The notes beneath the pieces are model-generated. The model had not been told where the DNA came from and ran no database searches. It worked only from the letters and a program-made list of their open reading frames with translations. A stretch of 64,000 bases of DNA from Candidatus Eiseniibacteriota bacterium (lineage in GTDB: Bacteria; Orphanbacterota; Orphanbacteria; Orphanbacterales; Orphanbacteraceae). A program made the position numbers and the translations under genes. The stretch is taken from positions 26,519 through 90,518 of the forward strand of contig JAFGGD010000031.1 in NCBI GenBank assembly GCA_016930695.1, read 5' to 3'. This document shows, one piece after another, positions 1-9,800 of the stretch (positions are counted from its first letter, which is position 1; every line of letters starts with the position of its first letter).

Positions 1-660
1 GATACCGGCCATCTCGGTCGCCATGGAGGCCATGGTCACTCGGCCGGCGAGATCCAGTTCGTCGATGACTTCGCCGTAAAACTCCGCGGCGTATCCGAGC
101 AGCGTGTTCGCGCCGAGCTTCCGGAGTGCGGCGAGCACGAGGTCTTTCGGCCCCGCCTCCGGCGCCGGCTTCCCCCGGAAGAGGATCTTCACGGATGGAG
201 GGACCTTGAACCAGACCCGGCCGAAAGCCCAGGCGTGGGCGATGTCCACGTCTCCCATCCCCTGGCCGAAGGCGCCGATCGCTCCCAGGATGTTGGCGTG
301 GGAGTCGGTGGAGACGAGGGTGGATCCCGGAACCGCGAGCCCTTCGTCGATCGCCAGATGGGTCCCGATCCCCTGGTCGATGTCGTACACACGGATCCCG
401 TGTTCGCGCGCGAAGAGGCGGCAGATCTGTTGGTTGGTGGCGTATTTCTGATCCGATCCGCCGGGATTACAGTCGAACGTGAAAAAGGTTTTGGACGGAT
501 CATCGATCCCCAAACCGTTTTCGCGGATGTTTTTCACGACGTTGGCGCCGCCGAAGTCGCGGGCCACGCGGACGTCGATCGTGATGTCGACGATCTCGCC
601 GGGAGAAACCTCCTTGCCGCCATGGGCGCCGAGGATCTTTTCGATGATGGTCTTCCCCAT
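1..660 (-). CDS. leuC: 3-isopropylmalate/homoaconitate dehydratase large subunit (aconitase family, LeuC type), 5' part only. The start codon is at 660-658 and the C-terminus lies beyond the window start.
   Basis: The reverse-complement translation begins MGKTIIEKILGAHGGKEVSPGEIVDITIDVRVARDF...STDSHANILGAIGAFGQGMGDVD, which matches the N-terminal consensus of LeuC/HACN-type aconitases. GAGGAG sits 6 nt upstream of the ATG at 660. It is missing from the ORF track only because it has no in-window stop. Confidence 0.8.
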   Translation of the reverse strand, partial: MGKTIIEKILGAHGGKEVSPGEIVDITIDVRVARDFGGANVVKNIRENGLGIDDPSKTFFTFDCNPGGSDQKYATNQQICRLFAREHGIRVYDIDQGIGTHLAIDEGLAVPGSTLVSTDSHANILGAIGAFGQGMGDVDIAHAWAFGRVWFKVPPSVKILFRGKPAPEAGPKDLVLAALRKLGANTLLGYAAEFYGEVIDELDLAGRVTMASMATEMAGI

Positions 661-837
661 GTTCGTTCTCCTCGCCGGCCGGATGGAGATCCGGTACCGG
701 CGGATGGAATGAGACTCGAAAGGCGGTTGCTCGGGCGCGGAGCCGGGAGCGGTTCCGAGCGCGGACGGGGACCGCCCGCCCTCAGGATCGAAGAAAGAAG
801 AGCGGGCGATCTTCCGGGACGACATCGCCTAACTAGT

Positions 838-854
838 TATCATGCAATATGATA
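838..854. promoter_or_regulatory. 17-bp palindrome TATCATGCAATATGATA in the divergent leuC / lipoprotein intergenic region; a candidate operator.
   Basis: The palindrome is seen directly in the sequence (6-bp arms TATCAT/ATGATA around GCAAT). It lies in a relatively AT-rich stretch between two divergently transcribed genes. No regulator is known to bind it. Confidence 0.25.
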
Positions 855-1093
855 CGGACGAAGAAAAGTGTATCCGGAGCAACCCGGCAAGTCAATCGGA
901 ATCGGGAGCGGCCGGGCGCGTATTCGCGCCGCACCGGCTTTTCCGGAGGGTGCGCGCCGATGGGAGGAAGCGAAGACGGAAAAGGCTTGGCCCATAAGGA
1001 TTCGAGATTTAGTGTCGACGGGGACGAGCGATCCGTCGGTTCGCAAGGAACGAGACGGAATGTTGTATTCGTTTTGCATGGGAGGGAGTGACC

Positions 1094-2113
1094 ATGAAGG
1101 TGTTGGTCGGAATGCTGGCGTTTGTTCTTCTCCTTTCCGTATCCGGGTGCGGGGACGACGACGATTCCCCCACGGGGAACGACGCGACTCATCTGACCGC
1201 CTCGCTGATCGCGGCGCCCTCTTCCGGGACGGTGCTCACCGATTTCTCCTTCAACGCATCGGGAAGCGACGCCGGGAGCGCGTCGATCCGGTTCCGCTGG
1301 GACTGGGAAAACGACGGGGCGTGGGATACGGACTGGGCGGACGACGCCGTGGTCACGCACCGTTACGCGTCGGGGGACACGATCGCCGTCGCGGTGGAAG
1401 CCCGTGCCGGCTCCTTGCTCGACACCGCCTACGCCGTCGTCTATCTGAACGACGATCACGGCGCGCGCGTCGACTCGGTGGTCCTCCGGGACGGCGGGGC
1501 GAACGGCATGACCAACGACGGCGAGGCCCTTTGGATCACCGGATGGATGGAGGACATCTACAAGGTCGACGTCGCGCTGGGCGTCATCGTGGACACCATA
1601 GACGGTCTCTCCAATTGGACCGGCGCGATTACCTGGGACGGAGATAATCTCTGGGCGACGGACTTCGATGGCGGTCCCAAGCTGTTCGAGCGGGATCCCC
1701 TGACGGGGGAAACCTACGGCAGCTTCGACATCGCGTACAGTGCGGCCGCGGGCGGCGTCGCCTGGGACGGCGAAGCCTTTTACGTGGGAAGTGACTTGAA
1801 TTCGCTCGGGGACCGGGGGGACGGTCTCATCCATCGCTATCTGCCGGACGGGACGGAGACCGGCGCGATTCCGAGCCCCCGGGGGAGCGAACACCCTCGC
1901 GGACTCGCCTTCGACGGCGAGGATCTCTGGGTCGTGATCGTCTCCGACATAGGCGGCGCGGTGGACACCCTCTATGTGGTCGACAAGGACGACGGCACCG
2001 TGCTCCGCACTCTGTATCACCAGGGCCTCAGCGGGGACATGACGGTCATGGACGACCACGTCTGGGTCGTGACGTCGGCCTGTCCCTGCCGCGCGGTGAA
2101 GGTCGTTCCCTGA
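1094..2113 (+). CDS. Secreted lipoprotein with a PKD-like segment and beta-propeller repeats, possibly of the glutaminyl-cyclase-like/YVTN type.
   Basis: A signal peptide plus lipobox (LLLSVSGC) follows GGAGGGAG 5 nt upstream of the ATG at 1094. Repeated DGxxLW/DGxxFY blades (DGEALWITGW, DGDNLWATDF, DGEAFYVGSD, DGEDLWVVIV) and an FRWDWENDGAWD motif are present. The function is not assigned. Confidence 0.6.
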   Translation: MKVLVGMLAFVLLLSVSGCGDDDDSPTGNDATHLTASLIAAPSSGTVLTDFSFNASGSDAGSASIRFRWDWENDGAWDTDWADDAVVTHRYASGDTIAVAVEARAGSLLDTAYAVVYLNDDHGARVDSVVLRDGGANGMTNDGEALWITGWMEDIYKVDVALGVIVDTIDGLSNWTGAITWDGDNLWATDFDGGPKLFERDPLTGETYGSFDIAYSAAAGGVAWDGEAFYVGSDLNSLGDRGDGLIHRYLPDGTETGAIPSPRGSEHPRGLAFDGEDLWVVIVSDIGGAVDTLYVVDKDDGTVLRTLYHQGLSGDMTVMDDHVWVVTSACPCRAVKVVP

Positions 2114-2137
2114 TCCGTCTCTCCGAGGTGAAAAGAA

Positions 2138-2172
2138 CGCGGGGGGCGCGCGCAGGCGCCCCGCGTTTTTTC
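2138..2172 (+). terminator. Rho-independent terminator after the lipoprotein gene.
   Basis: A GC-rich imperfect hairpin gcgggggg-cgcgcgcag-gcgccccgc is followed by TTTTTT. Confidence 0.55.
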
Positions 2173-2273
2173 CCCTACACACCCTCTCCTCGAGCGCCTC
2201 ATCATTCTTCCGAAACGCCGCCGGTTGACAAGCCGGCGCGCCGCGTGCCACCCTGTCCACGAAAGGCGCGGCG

Positions 2274-3743
2274 ATGCGAAAACGTTTACATCCTCTCCTT
2301 AGACGGTTTCGTCTCATTCCCGGCGCGGCGGTAATCGCGGTCGCGGCGGTCGCGGCCGGATGCGGGGGTGCTTCCGAGGAGGCGCGCGAAAGCGTTTCCT
2401 TCTCCGCCGAACGGGCGGAGGCTTTTCTCGACACGCTCGAGGAGAGGACCTTCCTCTATTTCTGGGAGACCGCCGATCCCCGCACCGGGCTCGCGCCGGA
2501 CCGCGCCCCGACCCGTTCCTTCATGAGCACGGCCGCCACCGGTTTCGCGCTCACCGCCTACCCGATCGGCGCGGAGCGGGGATACGTCACCCGGGAGGCC
2601 GCGGCGGAACGGGTCCGCACGACACTCCACTTCTTCCTTCGAGCGCCCCGGGGGACCGATCCCTCCGCCTGCGCCGGGCACCGCGGCTTCTTCTATCATT
2701 TCCTCGACCGCGAGACGGGATGCCGTTTCGGCGAGGTGGAGCTCTCCACCGTCGACACCGCCCTCCTCCTGGCCGGCGCCCTCTTCTGCCGCGGATATTT
2801 CGACCGCGACGAGCCGGTGGAGGGGGAAATCCGGGCGGCGACGGATTCCCTCTACGCCCGCGTCGATTGGACCTGGGCGCAGCCCCGCGCGCCGATGATC
2901 GTCCACGGCTGGACGCCGGAGGCGGGCTTCCTCCCCTATGACTGGCGCGGTTACAACGAGGCGATGATTCTCTACATTCTCGCCCTCGCCTCGCCCACCC
3001 ACCCTGTCGGCGCGGACGCCTACGAGGCGTGGCTCGCCGGGTACCGCTGGGGCGAGTTCCACGGCCGCGAACAGATCGGTTTCGCTCCCCTCTTCGGCCA
3101 TCAATACACCCACGTATGGATCGACTTCCGCGGCGTCCAAGATCGTTTCACTCGTGAAAAGGGAATCGACTATTTCGAGAACTCCCGCCGCGCGGCGCTC
3201 TCCCAGAGGGATTACGCCGTCGAAAACCCGGGCGGTTGGATCGGCTACGGCGAACTCGCCTGGGGGCTCACCGCCTGCGACGGACCGGTGCATGGACAAT
3301 GGACGATCGGCGGGAGGGAGAGGCGATTCCAAACCTATTGGGCGAGGGGCGCCTCGTTCACGGAGATCCAGGACGACGGCACCCTCTGCCCGTCGGCGGC
3401 CGCCGCGTCGATCGCCTTCGCCCCCGATGTCGTCCTCCCGACCCTTCTCGCCATGCGCGCCGAGCACGGCGGCCGCCTTTTCTCCGACTACGGATTCCTA
3501 GACTCCTTCAATCCGACATTCGTCCTCGACGTGCCGGTGCAGCACGGACGCGTGCACGGCGCGAAGGGCTGGTATGACACCGACTACATCGGGATCGACC
3601 AGGGTCCGATCCTGGCGATGATCGAGAACCACAGGACCGGGTTGGTATGGAGCGTGATGCGGCGCAACCCGCACATCCTACGGGGTCTCCGGGCGGCCGG
3701 CTTCACGGGCGGGTGGTTGGACACCGCGCGGGCCGACCGATGA
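2274..3743 (+). CDS. Lipoprotein glycoside hydrolase-like protein with an (alpha/alpha)6 fold (GH144 / DUF3131-like, putative endo-beta-1,2-glucanase family); paralogue of 26471..28051.
   Basis: The lipobox is AAVAAGCGG. Motifs DTALLLAGALFCRGYF, YNEAMILYILALASPTHP and DYFENSRRAALSQRDYAVENPGGWIGYGELAWGLTACDGP are shared almost word for word with the ORF at 26471. The family assignment comes from memory of GH144-type sequences. Confidence 0.6.
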   Translation: MRKRLHPLLRRFRLIPGAAVIAVAAVAAGCGGASEEARESVSFSAERAEAFLDTLEERTFLYFWETADPRTGLAPDRAPTRSFMSTAATGFALTAYPIGAERGYVTREAAAERVRTTLHFFLRAPRGTDPSACAGHRGFFYHFLDRETGCRFGEVELSTVDTALLLAGALFCRGYFDRDEPVEGEIRAATDSLYARVDWTWAQPRAPMIVHGWTPEAGFLPYDWRGYNEAMILYILALASPTHPVGADAYEAWLAGYRWGEFHGREQIGFAPLFGHQYTHVWIDFRGVQDRFTREKGIDYFENSRRAALSQRDYAVENPGGWIGYGELAWGLTACDGPVHGQWTIGGRERRFQTYWARGASFTEIQDDGTLCPSAAAASIAFAPDVVLPTLLAMRAEHGGRLFSDYGFLDSFNPTFVLDVPVQHGRVHGAKGWYDTDYIGIDQGPILAMIENHRTGLVWSVMRRNPHILRGLRAAGFTGGWLDTARADR

Positions 3744-5092
3744 CCCGGGACGGTGACCGGCGGCGCGCCCCCGGCCGTTTCACCGCCCGAACGCTCTTCC
3801 GCTTTCTCCTTTTCCTCTCGTTCGCGGCGGCGCTCGGCGTCTCCTGCCGGGACTCGGGCGACGCCCGCCGCACCCTCCGTTTTTGGGCGATGGGGAGGGA
3901 GGGGGAGGTGGTTCAGGAGCTAATGAGCGGTTTCGAGGGGGAGAACCCGGGGCTTCACGTCGAGGTGCAGCAGATCCCCTGGTCGGCGGCTCACGAGAAG
4001 CTTCTCACCGCTCACGTCGGCCGGTCCACGCCGGACGTCGCCCAGATCGGCAACACGTGGATCGCCGAGTTCGTCGCCCTCCGCGCGCTGGAGCGGCTGG
4101 ACGAGCGCGCGGCGCGCTCCGCCGGCGTCCCGGAGGAGTCTTTCTTCCCCGGCATCTGGGACACAAACATCATCGACGGCGCGCTCTACGGAATCCCCTG
4201 GTACGTGGACACACGCGTTCTTTTCTATCGAAAGGATATCCTGGCGCGCACCGGACGGGACGCCGTTCCGGAGACGTGGGAGGAGTGGCGGGAGGCGATG
4301 ATGGAGATCAAGGCGTCCGCCGATCCCGATCATTACGCCGTCTTTCTGCCGACCAACGAGCCGACGCAGGCGGTGATCTTCGGCCTCCAGGCGGGGTCGA
4401 CCCTCCTCGCGGAAAACGGCACGCGGGGCGCTTTCTCGGGCCCCGCCTTTCGGCGCGCGTTCCGGTTCTACATCGATCTCTTCCGTGACGGTCTCGCCCC
4501 GCCGGTGAGCAACACGGAGGTGTCCAACCTCTACCGGGAATTCGCGCGCGGCTATTTCGCGATGTACATCACCGGTCCCTGGAACCTGGGTGAGTTCCGG
4601 AACCGGCTCCCGGAGGAGTTGCAGGACGAGTGGGCGGTCGCGCCCCTTCCCGGTCCGGGATCCGCCGACGCGGGGGTCTCCCTCGCCGGCGGATCGAGCC
4701 TCGTTCTTTTCCGGGAATCTCGTGAAAAGGAGGACGCCTGGCGGCTCGTGGAGTTTCTTTCCCGCCCCGAGAACCAGCTCCGTTTCTACCATCTCACCGG
4801 AGACCTGCCGGCGCGCGTCGAGGCGTGGCGGGATTCCGCCCTCGCCGGCGATCCGAGAATCAACGCTTTCGAAACGCAGCTCCGGCGGGTGGTCTCCACG
4901 CCCAAGGTTCCCGAGTGGGAGCAGATCGCCACGCGGGTGATGATGCGCGCCGAGGAGGCGATACGCGGCAGCGCGCCCCCCGACTCGGCCCTAGCGGCGC
5001 TCGACCGGGACGTGGATCGGATTCTGGAGAAGAGGCGTTGGATGATCGAACGGGAGAGGGAAACCGCGGCTTCTCCGGAGGAAGGGTCGTGA
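3740..5092 (+). CDS. Sugar ABC transporter substrate-binding lipoprotein (family 1 extracellular solute-binding protein).
   Basis: The ATG at 3740 overlaps the upstream TGA (ATGA). The signal and lipobox are FLLFLSFAAALGVSC. Typical SBP_bac_1 motifs are present (IPWSAAHEKLLTAHVGRSTPDVAQIGNTWIAEFV; WYVDTRVLFYRKD). Confidence 0.85.
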   Translation: MTRDGDRRRAPGRFTARTLFRFLLFLSFAAALGVSCRDSGDARRTLRFWAMGREGEVVQELMSGFEGENPGLHVEVQQIPWSAAHEKLLTAHVGRSTPDVAQIGNTWIAEFVALRALERLDERAARSAGVPEESFFPGIWDTNIIDGALYGIPWYVDTRVLFYRKDILARTGRDAVPETWEEWREAMMEIKASADPDHYAVFLPTNEPTQAVIFGLQAGSTLLAENGTRGAFSGPAFRRAFRFYIDLFRDGLAPPVSNTEVSNLYREFARGYFAMYITGPWNLGEFRNRLPEELQDEWAVAPLPGPGSADAGVSLAGGSSLVLFRESREKEDAWRLVEFLSRPENQLRFYHLTGDLPARVEAWRDSALAGDPRINAFETQLRRVVSTPKVPEWEQIATRVMMRAEEAIRGSAPPDSALAALDRDVDRILEKRRWMIERERETAASPEEGS

Positions 5093-5982
5093 GCGGGATC
5101 GTCGAACGGCGGCAGAGCCGGGCGGCGTGGTTCTTCCTCACGCCGGCCTTCTTCCTGATCGTGGTCTTCTTTTTCCTCCCCATCCTGGCCGGTTTCGTTC
5201 TCAGCCTGACCGATTTCGATATCTACTCCATCGGGTCCCTGAAGAACGCGCGTTTCGTGGGGTTCCGCAACTACGCGGGGACCCTCCGGGGCGGGGAGTT
5301 CTGGAACGCGCTCCGGAACACGGCGTATTTCGTTTTTCTGGGCGGGCCCCTCTCGGTGCTCACCTCCTTGGCGGCCGCGCTCCTGGTGAACGCGCGGCTC
5401 GTCCGCTTCAAGGGAGTTTTCCGGACCGTCTATTTCGCGCCGGTCGTCACCACGCTGGTGGCGGTCGCGATCGTCTGGCGCTATCTGTACCACCCGCGCT
5501 ACGGCCTCCTCAACTTCGCGCTGGCGAAGTGCGGCGTCCCCGCCGTGGACTGGCTCGGCGACCCGGCCTGGGCGATGCCCGCCATCATTCTGATGTCCGT
5601 CTGGAAGAACTTCGGCTACAACATGCTCATCTTCATCGCGGGGCTGCAGAGCATACCGGAGGAACTCTACGAGGCGGCCCGCGTCGACGGCGCCGGCTTC
5701 CTGCGGAGCTTCCGCCATATCACCCTCCCCGGCCTCGCGCCGACCTTTCTCTTCGTCAGCGTGCTCACCATGATCGGCTCCTTCCAGCTCTTCGCCGAGC
5801 CTTACGTGATGACCCAGGGGGGACCGCTCCGGAGCACCACCAGCGTGATCCTGTTGATGTACGAAGAGGGTTTCCGATGGTGGCGCCTCGGTAAGGCGTC
5901 GGCGATCGCTTTCCTCCTCTTCGTGATCGTCATGGCCGGGACGATGATCCAACTGCGGTTCCGCCGGGAGGAGCAGGAATGA
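5089..5982 (+). CDS. Sugar ABC transporter permease (MalF/UgpA-like).
   Basis: The GTG start overlaps the SBP stop (GTGA). There are multiple transmembrane segments and the EAA-loop-like motif YEAARVDGAGFLRSFRHITLPGLAP. Confidence 0.85.
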   Translation: MSGIVERRQSRAAWFFLTPAFFLIVVFFFLPILAGFVLSLTDFDIYSIGSLKNARFVGFRNYAGTLRGGEFWNALRNTAYFVFLGGPLSVLTSLAAALLVNARLVRFKGVFRTVYFAPVVTTLVAVAIVWRYLYHPRYGLLNFALAKCGVPAVDWLGDPAWAMPAIILMSVWKNFGYNMLIFIAGLQSIPEELYEAARVDGAGFLRSFRHITLPGLAPTFLFVSVLTMIGSFQLFAEPYVMTQGGPLRSTTSVILLMYEEGFRWWRLGKASAIAFLLFVIVMAGTMIQLRFRREEQE

Positions 5983-6800
5983 GGAGGAAGCTCGGCGCGC
6001 CGGTTCTCTACGCGATGCTCCTTTTGGGGGCGGTGGTGACTCTTACCCCTCTTCTCTGGATGATCGCGGCGTCCTTCATGCACACAGGCGAGGCGGCGAC
6101 CGTCCCGCCCCGCTTCATCCCCCGCGAGGCGACCCTCGAACATTACCGGGCGCTTTTCACCCGCCTCGACCTGACGCGATGCCTGCTGAACAGCTCGATC
6201 ATCAGCGTCTCGGTGACCCTTCTCTCCCTGCTGATCAATTCCATGGCCGGCTACGCCTTCGGGAAGCTCCGTTTTCCGGGACGGGAACGCCTCTTCCGCG
6301 TTCTCCTCATGGGGCTGATGATCCCGGCGCAGGTCGGCATGCTCCCCCTCTTCCTTCTTCTCAAGCAGATGGGGCTCGTGAACACCTACGCGGGGGTCTT
6401 CATTCCTTACCTGGCGAACATCTTCGGCATCTTCCTCATCCGCCAGTACGTGCAGGGGGTGCCGGACGATCTTCTCGACGCGGCGCGCATCGACGGCGCC
6501 GGCGAGTTCCGCATCTTCCGCGTCGTGGTGCTCCCCCTGATCCGTCCGATTCTGGTCACGCTTGCGGCGTTCACCTTCATCAGCGTTTGGAACGACTTCC
6601 TCTGGCCGCTCATCATGCTGAGCGACGAGGCGAAGTACACGCTCCCGGTGGCGCTGGCGGGCCTCGTCGGCGAGCACGTGCAGGACACGGAGCTGATGAT
6701 GGCCGGCTCGGTGATCACCACCCTCCCGGTTCTCGCCGTCTTCCTCTTCTTCCAGAGGGTCTACGTAAAGGGGATCATGGCGGGCGGGGTGAAAGGTTAG
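5979..6800 (+). CDS. Sugar ABC transporter permease (MalG/UgpE-like).
   Basis: An ATGA overlap joins it to the upstream permease. The EAA motif LLDAARIDGAGEFRIFRVVVLPLIRP is present. No ATPase gene sits in the operon, so the ATPase is presumably shared and encoded elsewhere, as with MsmK. Confidence 0.85.
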   Translation: MRRKLGAPVLYAMLLLGAVVTLTPLLWMIAASFMHTGEAATVPPRFIPREATLEHYRALFTRLDLTRCLLNSSIISVSVTLLSLLINSMAGYAFGKLRFPGRERLFRVLLMGLMIPAQVGMLPLFLLLKQMGLVNTYAGVFIPYLANIFGIFLIRQYVQGVPDDLLDAARIDGAGEFRIFRVVVLPLIRPILVTLAAFTFISVWNDFLWPLIMLSDEAKYTLPVALAGLVGEHVQDTELMMAGSVITTLPVLAVFLFFQRVYVKGIMAGGVKG

Positions 6801-6807
6801 AAGACCG

Positions 6808-9800
6808 ATGAAAAATGGGCTCGCCCTTTTTCTTCTCGCCGCCGTCCTCTCGATCGTTTCGTCCGCCGGCGCGGCGGACACCGTCTCGGGGACGGAGACG
6901 ATCCTTCTCGACGACTTCGCAAGCCTCGATGGATGGACCGCCCATCCCTCCGACGGGGTGGAGGCGGTTCTCCGCGAGGAGAACGGCGCGCTCCGCGTCG
7001 ATTTCCGTTTTCTCTCCGGCGCCGGCTACGCCGTCTTCCGCAAGGATTTCGCCGTCAATCTCCCGGAGAACTACGCCTTCACCTTCCGCGTGCGCGGCGA
7101 CGCGCCTCCGAACCATCTGGAGTTCAAGCTGATCGACGCGACCGGCGAGAACGTCTGGTGGTCGGTTCTCCGGGACCACGAATTTCCGAACGAGTGGGAG
7201 ACGATCCGGATCAAGAAGAGGAAGATCTCCTTCGCCTGGGGACCGGCGGGCGGGGGCGAACCGTCGGAGATCGCGGCGATCGAGTTCGCCGTCACCGCCG
7301 GGAGCGGGGGTTCGGGGACGGTCTGGATCGACGACCTCGCCCTCACGCCCCTCCCGCCGCCCAATCCGAATCCCCCCGCGCCGGTCGTCGCCGGCTGTTC
7401 GTCCTTCCGGCCGGGACATGAACCGGAGAAGGCGATCGACGGGGACGATAACACCTATTGGAGTACTGTCGAAGGCGACACCGATCATTGGATCGAATTC
7501 GATCTGGGCGTCCCCCGGGAACTCTCCGGGCTGTATGTACTGTGGCATGTTCGTCCACGTAAGATCGATATTCGGGTTTCGGATGATGGAAACGAATGGC
7601 GCCTGATACGCGATGCGAAATGGCGAACAATCTACTGCGGTGGTGTAAATTTCTATAGATTGGAATTGGTCTTTCTGCCCGAGACGGAGGCGACCAGGCT
7701 TCGATTGGATATGAAGTCTACACATCTTGGGATTAAAGAAATACGGATCCAACCGCTCGAATGGGCGGCGACGAGAAACGACATCTTCGAGAGGATCACG
7801 GAGAACTCGCCCCGGGGGATGTACCCGAGAGGGATGACCGGCGAGGCGGTCTACTGGACGACGGTCGGCGCCGACGGCGGAATCGTCAACGGATTGATCA
7901 GCGAAGACGGGGCCGTGGAGGTCGGGCCGGGATCGTTCTCCATCGAGCCGTTCCTATTCGATGATCTCTATACTACCGGTTGGGACGGATCGGAGATCAC
8001 TTATTCCCTCAAGGAGAGTCTCTTTCCTGTTCCGACGGTGACCCGACGACACCGCGACCTTCTTCTTGAAATCACCGCTTTTGCGGTGGAGAAGGAGGCG
8101 GCATCATCAATGGTCATGCATTATCGATTGAGAAACAAAAAGAGATATCCCCAAAGGGGCCAGTTCCTATTGGCTCTCCGGCCTTTCCAGGTCAATCCTC
8201 CCTATCAGTTTCTGAATGTAACCGGCGGGACGGCGAGAGTGGATTCGATCGAGAATAGCGGATCGAAGGTGCGTGTGAATGGAAGGAAATGGGTATTTTT
8301 CTTGCGAAAACCGGATGGTTCTTTTCCCGCCGTTTTCGAAAAGGGAATGAGGATCAAGATGTTTACGGAATCGCGTTGGGGTAATGGATACATTCCTTTT
8401 TGCAAAGACTGGGATTCCGTGACCGATCCCTTCGGCGCCGCGTCGGCTGTGTTCGTCTACCCCTATTATATTCCCCCCGGCGAAGAGATGCGTGTCGATT
8501 GGGTAATCCCTCTCGACGGTGAGCCGATCCTTCCGGAGGAGGAGGGAGAGGCCGCCGCCGCGGAATGGGTCGACCGGGAACTGGAGAAAGCGATCGAGAG
8601 ATGGCGGGAACGCCTCGGACCGGTGACGATCGACCTCCCCGACAAGGAGGTGGAAAACACGCTGAAGAGCCAGATCGGCTACATCCTGGTGAACCGCGCC
8701 GGTCCCGCGATCCGTCCCGGGACGCGCTCCTACGCCCGCTCCTGGATACGGGACGGGGCGCTCACCTCCTCGGCGCTCCTCCGCCTCGGGATCGACGAGC
8801 CGGCTCGGGAGTTCCTCGAATGGTTCGCGCCGCACCAGTACGAGAGCGGCAAGATCCCCTGCGTCGTCGACGACCGGGGCGCCGATCCCGTTCCGGAGCA
8901 CGACAGCTCAGGCGAGTTCCTCTTCCTGATCGCCGAGATCGTTCGCTATACGAAGGATCGCGCGCTCGCCGATGAGATGTGGCCCCGCGCCGAGGCGGCG
9001 GCGGCGTACCTCGACTCCTTGCGCGGCACGAGGCGCACCGACGAGTACCGTACGCCGGAGAAGAGACACTTCTTCGGGCTCCTTCCCCCTTCGATCAGCC
9101 ATGAAGGATACTCGGCGAAACCGATGCACTCCTACTGGGACGACTTCTGGGCGCTCCGCGGATTCCGGGACGCGGCCTACCTCGCCGGCGTCGTCGGGCG
9201 CGAGGCGGAGAGGGAACGCTGGGCCGCGGTCGCGGAGGAGTTCGCCGCCGATCTGGCCGCCTCCATCGCGGCGGCGATGGAGCACCACGGGATCGACTAC
9301 GTTCCCGGATGCGCCGACCTGGGAGATTTCGATCCCACGTCGACCACAATCGCTCTCTCTCCCGTCGGCGCCGGGGATCTCGCCCCCGAGGGGGCCATCC
9401 GCCGCACCTTCGAACGGTACGGGGAGTTCTTCGAGGAACGGCGGACCACCGGCAAGTGGGAGGCGTTCACCCCCTATGAGCTCCGGAACATCGGCGCCTT
9501 CGCCCGTCTCGGCATGCGGGGGGAGATCGCCGGGATGCTGGAGTGGTTCCTCCGTTACAGGCGGCCGCAAGGTTGGAACCACTGGGCGGAAGTGGTCTGG
9601 AAAGAGGAGAGGCTCCCCCGTTTCATCGGCGACATGCCGCACACATGGGTCGGCTCCGACTTCATCCGTTCCGTGCTCGACATGCTCGCCTTCGTCCGCG
9701 AATCGGACGGGGCGATCGTCGTGGGAGCGGGAATACCCGTCGAATGGCTGGCCGGCGAGGGGGTGAGCGTGAAGAATCTACAGACCCCCTACGGGACGAT

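Noticed and set aside
833-2434. 533-aa minus-strand ORF overlapping the lipoprotein gene and the intergenic region
   Set aside because: It lies antisense to a gene with a clear signal peptide and RBS, and has an Arg/Gly/Pro-rich, low-complexity translation typical of spurious ORFs in 70% GC DNA. It has no RBS or start context.
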